64,000 nt of DNA, taken from Macrostomum lignano (taxonomy: Eukaryota). Shown piece after piece: positions 11,561 through 23,295 of the stretch; the stretch's first letter is position 1; every line of letters begins with the position of its first letter. A model generated the notes under the pieces. The model had not been told where the DNA came from and ran no database searches. It was given only the letters and a program-made list of their open reading frames with translations. Position numbers and translations under genes: made by a program. The stretch is taken from positions 1 to 64,000 of the forward strand of contig NIVC01000839.1 in assembly GCA_002269645.1 (NCBI GenBank). The letters run 5' to 3'.

Positions 11561-13096
11561 CTGACCTTCTAAGAAACTGGAAGTTTCCCGTACTTTTTTA
11601 GTTAATCAAAAACACGTATAAAAAGACATGCGGTATCGGGGATTCTATGTGTGGCATTGGGGAGTTCATTCGGTGCAACATTGTGGCGGTTTTTCGTGCT
11701 GAGAGAGAGAGAAGAACTGCAGGAACCAGTGGGAGAGGGAGATAAACCGCCCGCCCACTATTTCTCTCCCAATGCATGACTGACCTTCCATTGCTCCTTC
11801 GTTGTCATTGGCTGATTTTTTATTCCATATGTGGGCTGGTTGGACTGAAGTCAGCTGACCCAAAATATTTCGTAGCTTATAGACTTGAATAAGCATGGGT
11901 TCTTTTCTTAGACTTGTGAATAAACAAGTTCCTGGCGTCCTTTATTAATTATTGAATTCTTGATTATGGCTATTGTGACATTAATATTTATAAGTATAAT
12001 ATGTTTATCTGAAGACACTGAGAATTAACTCTAGCAGTGATTGGTGACACACAGGGTGCTCTAGCAGTGATTAGGTTGATTCGCTAAAAAAATGCATACC
12101 TGTTACCAACGCGTAGTTCTGTATATTCTTGCTTCTAAATTTAATAACAAAATGTTTTTTGTATAAACGAACGTAATGTACGAGCGTATATTTGGCGTCT
12201 CAATTGTTGATCTTAGCTAAGATGACTGACTGTGCTTGGCCCCTGGATAAAAGTTTGTTTGCGCTGGAAACAGCAGCTAAGCTGGGTGTCCTGTCGTTTG
12301 CCCGGTCTCCCCCTCTTCGCGACATGGCGTCAGGGTCTATTTTTGGAAATGGCCTTTTTGACAATTTTAGTTTGCATATATGCGTATGCATAGTATAGCC
12401 AGAACTAAATGGTTCTGATCTCTAATCTCTTCACGTGGTATATCTTATAGTTATTTAAGTCACCTGATTCTAAGTATCTGCGCTTCATATCTGTAGTGAG
12501 ACTGATGATTTTTAACACTGCGCAAGTCAAGTGCAATGGAAGTCTACCCTCGGGCACACGGCGCACGGGTCCAATACGTGTTGTTTAAATCTGTTAAAGC
12601 TTCTATAGAGTGCTTTGATAAATCCAACTCGTGACTGTAGTGCAAAATTCTTACCTGGAAATGCAATTTTTTTAATCTACTTCCACCTCTGGACCCTGGC
12701 GATAAGATTTGCCTAATACTAATAGTGCGTTATGAAATTCCATATGATACTACTTGCCATGTGTCTTATAAGTAATAAAAAAGGAACATGAATTTTTGGT
12801 TAACAATTTTTTTGTGAATCTGTTGCGAGCTTTAGACAGATAAAAGTTTGTGAATCTGTTTAAATTTTGTTTCTGGGTACTAAGATAAGAACCTTGTATA
12901 ACTTTTACGAGTATTCTCGTGCTTCATTTTTTAGTCCAGCCTCTACATTTATGCTCCTTCCTGTCACTCGCTTTCTCCATCTCTCACTCTGTCCGTCTAA
13001 ATCTTACTCTCTCACTCTCACTCTCTCACTTCCACTCTCTCACTCTCGCTCGCTCCGACTCTCACTCTCACTCTCACTCTCACTCACTCCCTCGCT

Positions 13097-13405
13097 ATGC
13101 AGTTCCAGCGTCTGCGCGGTTACTCGGTGAGCGAGACGGAGCGCCAGGGTCGTTCATCTGGCGACGGCGCCGGCGCCGTTGGAGGCGGCAGCGCCTCGTC
13201 GTACCCGGGCGATCCAATGTCGCACTTCATGCACGACCGTCGCCAGCAGCAGCAACAGCCACAGCGACGTCAGTCGTGGCTCGGCCGAGCCCTGTACACT
13301 CTCTCCGGCGCTGGAATTTCCAGCGAAGAGGCCGAAGAAGATGGCCATGCTGATGCGGATCGAGACGATTATAGTCGGGGATTCGATGGCGGCGAGATGG
13401 ACTAA
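13097..13405 (+). CDS. Small disordered protein (102 aa), or a phase-0 terminal exon starting at 13103
   Basis: GC-rich ORF in repetitive surroundings; RLRGYS and RRQSW basophilic kinase motifs, polyQ, acidic tail; pyrimidine tract plus CAG acceptor at 13100-13102. Confidence 0.6.
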   Translation: MQFQRLRGYSVSETERQGRSSGDGAGAVGGGSASSYPGDPMSHFMHDRRQQQQQPQRRQSWLGRALYTLSGAGISSEEAEEDGHADADRDDYSRGFDGGEMD

Positions 13406-13584
13406 AGTGATTTGATGAAGCTGTTGTCAAAGTTGAAATTCTACTGTTGTGTGGGCGTACGCGATGACAGGGTACATGCTGACTTGATGTATATGCGTTC
13501 ATATATATCCCGTCATTTAGACATTTGGGCTTGTTGGGGTCGAGCTTTTGTTCAATATTGTTGAGCTTATTTATATATAGTTTC

Positions 13585-14432
<848 letters not shown>

Positions 14433-15619
14433 TCTAAAACTTTAATATCCCAAACGTTTTTCGCAGTTTTTTAAAATCTGATATTTTGTACATATCGGCA
14501 CAATCGGGCAATCGGTTTCCAAACCTAATAGTAGCTTCCAATACTCTACTGCCAAGTTGTGAATCTTTGCTCTGTGTTGTTCGTTCCGTCTCGAACTTGC
14601 TGCTGTAAATATTTTGTACAGCACCTGTACATATTCTCTATTAGTAAAAGATAAATATGCTGTCTGTTAGTTCGATTTGTACAGCTTTCGAGTGTGTTTT
14701 ATTCGCGTGAAATTGAACTGCTTGAATGTCTGTCTATTGTTATTATTTGTACATATTAATTGGCTGTCATCAATAATAAATCATCTTTGATTTTAACCTC
14801 ATCTTCTTAGTACTGTTTTTGTAAATAATTTAATTTCAAAAACCCTTGGAAACCCTGCATCTACGTGGGAATTAATTTTTTTTCTAGTTGCAATTGTAAC
14901 AATACAGTAACATGCTTGGATACTACTGTGAGTAAGCTAAATCTGCTTATAACCTTATTCAGCCAAAGACAATTCACACAGAATTTAATACTCGCCAATT
15001 AACAAAACCTTTTTTCAGATATTGCATCAGTTTTTGTATAGATTAGTTTGCGTTTATTTGTCATTTGCAATTTGATTTTGTTTTTTATTTTGTTTTTTTT
15101 TCAAGTAAGTAGGCTACAGTAGTATGTGCGGGTTGTGTTCTCTGTCTATTTTGAATTTTTTCTGGCATTTTTTTCGCGTTGTTTTCAATTCTGTATTTCT
15201 GAAGTTTTGAGCAATCTGACACCATCAAGTGCTAAAACTCCTTGATAGCGCAAGCTAGTATCTCAATGTTTGTTTTTGTGTTTTTTTATTTACTTCCAGG
15301 ATAATTATTAATTTTTTTAAAATCAAACCAAGTTGATAATCCTTATCAGTCATGGGTATTTTGGTAACAATTATAGTTCAACACAACATTTATTTAAATT
15401 TGGAATTACCTGAATGCAAAACAGTTTTGACAATTCTATTAATAATTTGTAATGTTTGTAATTTCTTTTTTTCACAGACAGTTTTGTTGTAATATGTTGT
15501 GATCTTGGAAAGAAATAAATTTAACAAAAAAACTTAATAAATTTTCTGTTATTAAAACATTCGGTTTTTAATTGTTTTGATCGAATATTATGCTTTGTTT
15601 ATTCGTGTTAAAGGACAGT

Positions 15620-16083
15620 TGTTGGGGGGTCAGATGGGAGCTCTTGGGGGTCAGATGGGAGCTGTTGGGGGTCAGATGGGAGCTGTTGGGGGTCAGATGG
15701 GAGCTGTTGGGGGTCAGATGGGAGCTGTTGGGGGTCAGATGGGAGCTGTTGGGGGTCAGATGGGAGCTGTTGGGGTCAGATGGGAGCTGTTGGGGTCAGA
15801 TGGGAGCTGTTGGGGGTCAGATGGGAGCTGTTGGGGTCAGATGGGAGCTGTTGGGGGTCAGATGGGAGCTGTTGGGGTCAGATGGGAGCTGTTGGGGGTC
15901 AGATGGGAGCTGTTGGGGTCAGATGGGAGCTGTTGGGGTCAGATGGGAGCTGTTGGGGGTCAGATGGGAGCTGTTGGGGGTCAGATGGGAGCTGTTGGGG
16001 TCAGATGGGAGCTGTTGGGGTCAGATGGGAGCTGTTGGGGGTCAGATGGGAGCTGTTGGGGTCAGATGGGAGCTGTTGGGGTG
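15620..16083. repeat. G-rich 20/21-bp minisatellite G4-5TCAGATGGGAGCTGTT
   Basis: Direct reading; units differ only in G-run length. Confidence 0.95.
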
Positions 16084-16843
16084 ACAGCGCTGAGACACTG
16101 TTCGAGACTTTGTTTACCTATAGCCGCTTCAGTCCTTGTCAAATGCTTGTCGTCCTCGGAGCCACTTTTTAAGTTCTTTGGTACATGCATATACGAGCGC
16201 TCAAGGACCACTAGAAGTTACCGTTGTTTCAGGTCGTAACACTCGTAAATAATTCCAAATTTATTTGAAGGGATTAAGGCCTGCTTGTGTTGCGTCTATT
16301 TGGCGATGCTTGAGTTCAAATCGGTCCAGATCAGTACGAGTGCGTAAATCGCCCCATCAAAAATCCCAAACTACAACTACATGTAGATAAAAAGTTCATT
16401 TGGAGTGACTGTGGAAACAAATATCATATGACAAAAAAGATCGACTAGTAAGATTTTGAGCCTTAAAAAATTCTGTGATGTTTTATGATGCGATGAGGAA
16501 TTAATGTACATGTACATGAAAATTGAGTTTTGTAGGTACACTCTCAGTTGTCCTGCATCAATTTCTACTTTCCAAAGCACTCGTATTTTAACAATGATTT
16601 CCCAGATAAGAATGCCTGTGCCCATGCATATAAAACACAAAGCAGTGACCCATTGAGGAAAATGCAACACAGAAGCGAGCGCTGAGTCTGCAGCGAGTGA
16701 GGAGAATTTAGGCAAACTGCATGCCACTTTTGCTGAAATTCAATTCAACAGTCAAGTCCCAATTTCTGGTGCTGAAACTTCTAGAAAAATAATAACAGTC
16801 AGAGATGTGTTGAGGGCCAACGTGAGTCTTAGCTACATGCATA

Positions 16844-17604
16844 ATATAGCTTTTTGCAGCCCATTTGGGCCTACGCGCATTTAATTTAATCCAAGATAGG
16901 TGTGCCAATGTAACAGAGCTTTCGTCTATGGTAGGCGGTAGCAAGGCTGCCACAGCGGCACTTAATTTAGTCCAACAAGCATCAATTTGGTCCATAGCTT
17001 TGTTTGCAACTGTTGCGGAGGATCAAGATCAGCCCCAGAGTTGTGGACCATGCTAGGTTGTCGAACGAATGCCACTGGCTTGTGATCAAAGCACTCAACA
17101 GAGGTGAACACCCAAAGGACATTGCAAGGTTGCTGAATATAGAAGAAAGATGATTTACAGTATCCATCAGCGTGTTGAAACCACTTCTGGCATAGGTCGC
17201 CTGTGAAAGGTGGAAATCGCCAAGGCAAGTTGCTAGAGACTCAGGTCTAACTGCTACTTAATGCAATTGAGACGAATCCTTTTTGACGTTGCAGAAAATG
17301 CAGCAGCAGTTAAAGGAACAGTTCTAGTTGGTTATCAGATTTTGACTATCAGCAGAGCTCAGGAAAAGCGACTGAAATTTCTGGTACAGACGCTGACATT
17401 CCAGCGGTGCGCAACAACCCTTAGGCGGTTGCGAGAAGGCAAGAGTTTGCCATTGGCTCATTTGGACCAAATTGATGCTTGTTGGACTAAAAAATGCCGC
17501 TGCGCCAGCCTTGCTACCATAGACAAAAGCTCCATTGCATTGGCAAACCTATCTTTGATTAAATTAAATGCGCGTAAGCCCAAATAAGCTGCAAAAAGGT
17601 ATAT
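16844..17604 (+). mobile_element. Non-autonomous IS630-Tc1-mariner element with ~145-bp TIRs and decayed transposase N-terminus
   Basis: Imperfect inverted arms 16844-16994 and 17463-17604 ending in TA. Interior translates across frameshifts to LVIKALNRGEHPKDIARLLNIEER/IYSIHQRVETT, LLNAIETNPF, TISRA and IPAVRNNP*AVARRQEFA; no DDE domain. Confidence 0.75.
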
Positions 17605-17798
17605 ATACGGCTCGTATTTAATGTGCTTCTATTCAATAAATATCAATTCTGAATAGACTGGACATAATGAACAAATATCAGACAAAGAAGGTCATCGCAT
17701 GTAAAAATCCTATAATAAGAAAAACTCGACCGAAACCCGGCCTCCATAAATCAGTCACTAAGAGAAACCCCACAGTTATTATTCGGCCTGTGAATAAA

Positions 17799-19457
17799 TT
17801 AGGATGCACTGAAAACCTGCAGTTTCCTGTTGCCATGGTCAGCCACCACCAGCTGCTCGCGCGGACCTCCAGTCACCACCGCCAGACCCAATGGCCTGTC
17901 GAACCTGCCGTCTCCGCTGCCGCTCTGTCCCAGAGTCCCCAGAGTCCACAGCAACGACCCGTCGTCTGCAGCCACCGCTCGCACTGAGTAACCCAAAAAT
18001 TCACTCATGAACAGGCGGCCTCTGCTGTCGACGGCCACATCGGCTGGACCAGCAAACTGTTGGAGGCCGGAACGCTGAATCGGGAAGGAGGCGACCAGCT
18101 GCTGGGTGTCGATGCGCACTCTGTGCACCTGCTTATGCTCCCTGTCGATCACCAGAATGCAGTTTTCGTGAGTCGCCAGGTTGCCCAGTGCAGCATGAGG
18201 AAGCTGAGACAGCGTGATGACCGTCTCCATCTGCCAAGTCGCTTTGCTGAATGCAGCAATTTTGTTTCCACTGGACACAAACACGGAGGCTGCGTTGCCA
18301 CCGATTCCCCAGATACCACAGAAACCCCGAATTTGTGGGCGGAGTCGACGAACCGCGCAGCCGCTCAGGTCCGTCACTGTCACTGCGTCACGCTGAGCAA
18401 TGAACAGCAGCTGACGGTCGCAGTGAAGGCCACGAATGTCCTTCTCCCAGTCGATGTCGCAGTGGCACCGCAGCTTCTGTGAGCCGTCCACAGAAAGCAC
18501 CAGTAGATTGTCTCTGTGATAGAATGATGCAAGGATGCAGGGCTGAGGCAGAGCCTCGCTGCCGTCTCCCGCTGAATCGGCGGGAACCACACGGCCTGAG
18601 CGGTCACAAACGAATCCGCTGGTGTCGCTGCACACAGCCAGCCATTTAACATTGCCATCCAGCTTCACCTCGTGACTGAAGACCATCGGATCGAACAGCA
18701 GTCTCTTTCTCTCAGCAGCGGCTATGTCCTCCGATGTCGCGGTCACCGCAGCATCTCTCGACCAGTCGCCCTCTTCACTGCGTCCCGCACAAATGCCGAC
18801 CAGCCGCTCGAGCTGGCCCAGAAGCCGCAGCTGCAGCTCCTCATTGTCGCTCTGGTCTTTGAGCAGCCGCTCTGACCTCTCAAAGTCGGCCTCCAAGTCT
18901 CCAAGCGATTCGTGCATGGACTGGACCAGGCGAAGCAGCTCCGCCATGTCGCCTGCAGCCTCCGCCGTGGCCACCTCCTGCTTGTAGCTGGAGACGTCCT
19001 CGAGGTCCCGCTCGCACACACGCACTGCCTCAAGCACACCTGAGAGCTGGCCCGTCACCCTGCTACGAAACGAGTCGATGTGTTGCTGTACCAAATCGAA
19101 TTTGTGATTGACCTCTTGCAGCTGCTGTTGGATGTCGAGAGCGAGACGACGCAGCGACTCAGCGTCTTGTTTTGGTCGCAGCAGCGCTGCACGGCCAGCT
19201 GCACCTGCTGCGCCTTGTGACTCTTGTGAGTCTTGTGAGTCTTGTGACTCTTGTGAGTAGGCACGCAGCAGCTCTTCGACCTCCTCCTTGAGCTTGAATA
19301 GATTGGCCACATCGACACTGAGGTGTTGACTGCACATGTGGTAGCGGGAGAACGGAGCCACACCGACTGCAGCTTGGTCGCAGATGATGCAGAGAGGAGT
19401 TGGGGAAGCGGGAGGCGCGTCCGAACTCGAGCTGTCGCTGGAGTCTTCAAGGCTCAT
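17799..19457 (-). CDS. Intronless TRIM-NHL-like protein: degenerate Cys/His finger, coiled coil, NHL-type beta-propeller (552 aa)
   Basis: Uninterrupted ORF; CIIC...CSQH, heptad-rich middle, NHL repeats FAGPADVAVDSRGRLFMSE and FDRPLGLAV...VVADHGNRKLQVF. Confidence 0.85.
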   Translation of the reverse strand: MSLEDSSDSSSSDAPPASPTPLCIICDQAAVGVAPFSRYHMCSQHLSVDVANLFKLKEEVEELLRAYSQESQDSQDSQESQGAAGAAGRAALLRPKQDAESLRRLALDIQQQLQEVNHKFDLVQQHIDSFRSRVTGQLSGVLEAVRVCERDLEDVSSYKQEVATAEAAGDMAELLRLVQSMHESLGDLEADFERSERLLKDQSDNEELQLRLLGQLERLVGICAGRSEEGDWSRDAAVTATSEDIAAAERKRLLFDPMVFSHEVKLDGNVKWLAVCSDTSGFVCDRSGRVVPADSAGDGSEALPQPCILASFYHRDNLLVLSVDGSQKLRCHCDIDWEKDIRGLHCDRQLLFIAQRDAVTVTDLSGCAVRRLRPQIRGFCGIWGIGGNAASVFVSSGNKIAAFSKATWQMETVITLSQLPHAALGNLATHENCILVIDREHKQVHRVRIDTQQLVASFPIQRSGLQQFAGPADVAVDSRGRLFMSEFLGYSVRAVAADDGSLLWTLGTLGQSGSGDGRFDRPLGLAVVTGGPREQLVVADHGNRKLQVFSAS

Positions 19458-20254
19458 TGTTTGTAATTTAATTTTGTAAATGTTGTAAAATGCGATAACG
19501 CGTAAATTTGTTCGTGGTGTTGCTATTTGCTATTTGGTATTTTAAAAAAATTTTTAAAGTGATTTGACAAGGTGAACTTTGACGAAGTCGTTCAAGTCGG
19601 TTCCCTTTTCCTAGGAAATGGCTGTGCATGCAGTTTTGTGTTCGATGACTGATGGATGTTTTATGATATGTACAAAAAAGTTTCTGTGTGGTAAAATTTA
19701 TTTTTCGTTTTTATGCCAGATAAATTTTTTTGTTATAATTATATAAAAGTACAAAATTCAAATCAACTCAAATTGCTGATTAGGTGCTCACAGTGGGAAC
19801 TGAGCAGCCTGCCAGGAATGGATAATGCAGCTCTTCTCTTCCCGTCTGTCTCTCTGTGCAGGCATTGAACACCGCGGATTTCTATGCCCAGTTTGAGCAT
19901 GAACAGCTGGGGTACTCAGCGGGCTGAGAGTCACCCTCTTCAGTACTTTCCATTCATAGTGCTGTACAAGCTGTATCCTGGCTCTGCTATTGACTGCACT
20001 ACTAACGTTTTTTGCTGGACGTCCCAAATGCATCAAGTCTGAAGTGATACAACTTTAATCATTTCTGCCCCAGGGCCTGGCTTACGCGTAAGCAGCATGA
20101 AAACTGACGTCAATATTGAAACCGAAAATCAACGGAAATCTTGCAGCAAGAAGAGCTGGAAGCAATTTATTTACATTTGTTTTAGAAGTTCTAAATGCTC
20201 GAATTTTAAGTTGGCTGGCTGAATTGGTGGCTTAAAATAGTTTGAAGGACTCTG

Positions 20255-20690
20255 GGAATGGGGAAGGGCTGGGGATAGGGGAGGCTGGGATAGGGAAGGC
20301 TAGGGATGGGGAAGACTGGGGATGGGGAAGGCTGGGGTGGGGAAGGCTGGGGATGGGGAAGACTGGGGATGGGGAAGGCTGGGGTGGGGAAGGCTAGGGA
20401 TGGGGAAGACTGGGGATGGGGAAGGCTGGGGTGGGGAAGGCTGGGGATGGGGAATGCTGGGGATGGGGAATGCTGGGGATGGGGAAGGCTGGGGTGAGGA
20501 AGGCTGGGGATGGGAAGGCTGGGGTGGGGAAGGCTGGGGATGGGGAATGCTGGGGATGGGGAAGGCTGGGGTGGGGAAGGCTGGGGATGGGGAATGCTGG
20601 GGATGGGTAAGGCTGGGGTGGGGAAGGCTGGGGTGGGGAAGGCTGGGATGGGGAAGGCTGGGATGGGGGGAGGCTGGGATGGGGAAGCTG
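20255..20690. repeat. G-rich 15-16 bp minisatellite (GGGGAAGGCTGGGGAT/GT) just downstream of the calmodulin-like stop codon
   Basis: Direct reading. Confidence 0.92.
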
Positions 20691-20716
20691 GGTGCCAATC
20701 CCAGCCGCGCTCTCCA

Positions 20717-21655
20717 TCACTTTGAGCTCGGCCTCTTCCCTGACGGCCTCTCTGGCTGCTCATCCCGCAGCCCACTGCTCATCTCCGCGAATTCGTCAAA
20801 GGAGATGAAGCCGTCCTGATTGGTGTCCACGGTGCTGAACATCTCGACGATGTCGGAGTCGCTGAGCTCCGCGCTGCCGACGCTGGGCCTCATGGCTTGG
20901 CGCAGCTCCGTCATGGAGATCTTGCCGTCCCTGTTCCTGTCGATGGCGTGGAACAGGTCGCTGATGTCGGAGTCCATCAGGCGAAGACTCAGCTGGGTGA
21001 CTTGCCGCTGCATCATGTCGCAGAATCCGCTGAAGTCCAGGTGACCGGGCGGCGCCTTCGAGTTGGCGTCCCGCTGAGCTTCGATCATGGCGTCCAGCTC
21101 GGACTGAGATGCCGCAATGTTGAGCTGCTGCATCAGCTGGCCGAGATCGCTGGCATCGATGAGGCCGTCTTTGTTGTGGTCGGCCAGCTTGAATGCCGCC
21201 TGCAGCTGGTCTTTTTTGAGCGCGGAGTCTTTGTTCTCCCGCTGCTGGTCATTGCTGACGTTGGAGTCTTTGTTCTCCTGCTGCTGGTCATTGCTGACGT
21301 TGGAGTCTTTGTTCTCCCGCTGCTGGTCATTGTTGACGTTGGAGTCTTTGTTCTCCTGCTGCTGATCATTTTTGACGTCGGAGTCTTTGTTCTCCTGCTG
21401 CTGGTCATTGTTGACGTCGGAGTCTTTGTTATCCCGCTGCTGGTCATTGTTGACGTTGGAGTCTTTGTTCTCCTGCTGCTGGTCATTTTTGACGTCGGAG
21501 TCTTTGTTATCCCGCTGCTGGTCATTGTTGACGTCGGAGTCTTTGTTCTCCTGCTGCTGGTCATTTTTCACCGGGGCGTCACTGCCCGCCCGTCTTTGTC
21601 CGGGTGCAGCCGATGACTTGCTGCTGGCAGCCGCTGTCGGCCTCGTGTGAGCCAT
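20717..21655 (-). CDS. Intronless calmodulin-like EF-hand protein (312 aa) with N-terminal 9 x 13-aa repeat
   Basis: ATG at 21655; EF loops [26 protein letters not shown] and [13 protein letters not shown], second hand degenerate; 39-bp coding repeat 21212-21562. Confidence 0.88.
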   Translation of the reverse strand: MAHTRPTAAASSKSSAAPGQRRAGSDAPVKNDQQQENKDSDVNNDQQRDNKDSDVKNDQQQENKDSNVNNDQQRDNKDSDVNNDQQQENKDSDVKNDQQQENKDSNVNNDQQRENKDSNVSNDQQQENKDSNVSNDQQRENKDSALKKDQLQAAFKLADHNKDGLIDASDLGQLMQQLNIAASQSELDAMIEAQRDANSKAPPGHLDFSGFCDMMQRQVTQLSLRLMDSDISDLFHAIDRNRDGKISMTELRQAMRPSVGSAELSDSDIVEMFSTVDTNQDGFISFDEFAEMSSGLRDEQPERPSGKRPSSK

Positions 21656-21971
21656 CGGCGCACGAAATCGGCAGGTTAAAAGTTCCAAAGAGCTTCAATT
21701 TCACGTTGCTTTTTTTAATTCACACAGCATTCCTGGTTACCGATATTTCTGTCTATGGCTGCAGCTTCAGACTAAGCCGAGCTCAATTGTTCCTCTATAT
21801 GTAAAACCGTCGATATTCTCAAAAACTCGTGTGCCATGTTGACTCAGACTCAGACTCAATGGTGCTCATTGAAAAATCAGAAAATTAAACGTTGTAGCTT
21901 GATTAAACAATAAATCATCCTGCGATGTGATTGAAACAGCCTTATAGGTTGCTACTCAAGGCCCTGGGTGC

Positions 21972-22540
21972 CGATCTCAGATCCCCATCCCAGACCCCCA
22001 TCCCAGATCCCCATCTCAGATCCCCATCCCAGATCCCCATCCCAGATCCCCATCCCAGATCCCCATACCAGATTCCCATCCCAGATCCCCATCCCAGATC
22101 CCCATCCCAGATCCTTATCCCAGATCCCCATCACAGATCCTCATCTCAGATTTTACACAAAATGTTAGAAACATGGCAGAAAGTGCACACTATCAAGACT
22201 CACTAGTCACTGTGATCACTATCAAGACTCACTAGTCACTGTGAACACTATCAAGACTCACTATAGTCACTGTGAACACTATCAAGACTCACTATAGTCA
22301 CTGTGAACACTATAAAGACTCACTATAGTCACTGTGAACACTATCAATACTCACTATAGTCACTGTGAACACTATCAAGACTCACTATAGTCACTGTGAT
22401 CACTATCAAGACTCACTATAGTCACTGTGAACACTATCAAGACTCACTATAGTCACTGTGAACACTATCAAGACTCACTATAGTCACTGTGAACACTATC
22501 AAGACTCACTATAGTCACTGTGAACACTATCAATACTCAC
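21972..22540. repeat. 13-bp (CCCAGATCCCCAT) array then 31-bp (CACTATCAAGACTCACTATAGTCACTGTGAA) array
   Basis: Direct reading. Confidence 0.92.
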
Positions 22541-22605
22541 TAGCCACTTTGGACATTACATAAAGAACAAACAATCTATGGTCCAACTATTTGACTGATT
22601 AGTGG

Positions 22606-23295
22606 TATCGCTTTTGACGCTCTAGATAAGACTTTAGACATTCAAAATAAGACTGCATAGGATCGCAAGCAAGGCCAGGCTAGCCACGGCCAGAGCAAGC
22701 CCAGTCTTGGCTGCAGGAATGGCTTGGCCATAGACTAAAAAATGGAATATCAAAATGAGAATAAGACGCTCGATATGAGACCGGGAGTGAACGTAATTTA
22801 TTTGCTTTTTGGCAGTCGTTGTCAGCCTTGCAATTTTCTTCTCTCCGACCGCCACGAGGTAGGGATTCAACTCTGCCATGGAGGCGGAACTCCGCAGCGA
22901 TCCTAAAGGCGGACGCTCTCTTGATCTTGAGAATTTGAACGGCAGCTAGGATGGTTGATCCATTGTTTACTGCGTCGATCAGACGCTGACGGTCTGCTAC
23001 AGGAATCGATGGTGCCATCACAGTGAAATCCAAGGGGTCAGATGCAACCCAAGGGGTGAAGAAGGAGAGCTGGCTGAAGGTCAGAGGGTTAGAGCGATAT
23101 CTGAAGGCTTTCACACTCAGTCTCATATTGAGCGTCTTATTCTCATTTTGATATTCCATTTTTTAGTCTATGGCCAAGCCATTCCTGCAGCCAAGACTGG
23201 GCATGCTCTGGCCGTGGCTAGCCTGGCCTTGCTTGCGATCCTATGCAGTCTTATTTTGAATGTCTAAAGTCTTATCTAGAGCGTCAAAAGCGATA
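22606..23295 (-). mobile_element. Young non-autonomous IS630-Tc1-mariner element, ~176-bp near-perfect TIRs, TA at both ends
   Basis: 22606-22781 is the reverse complement of 23120-23295 with very few mismatches; interior ORF from ATG 23018 MAPSIPVADRQRLIDAVNNGSTILAAVQILKIKRASAFRIAAEFRLHGRVESLPRGGRR is a paired-like HTH. Confidence 0.88.

Noticed and set aside
12192-12398. Overlapping short ORFs on both strands
   Set aside because: No motif, no convincing splice or start context
20820-21650. Alternative-frame and antisense ORFs over the calmodulin-like gene, and likewise over the NHL gene and USP34 exons
   Set aside because: Shadow ORFs of GC-rich coding sequence
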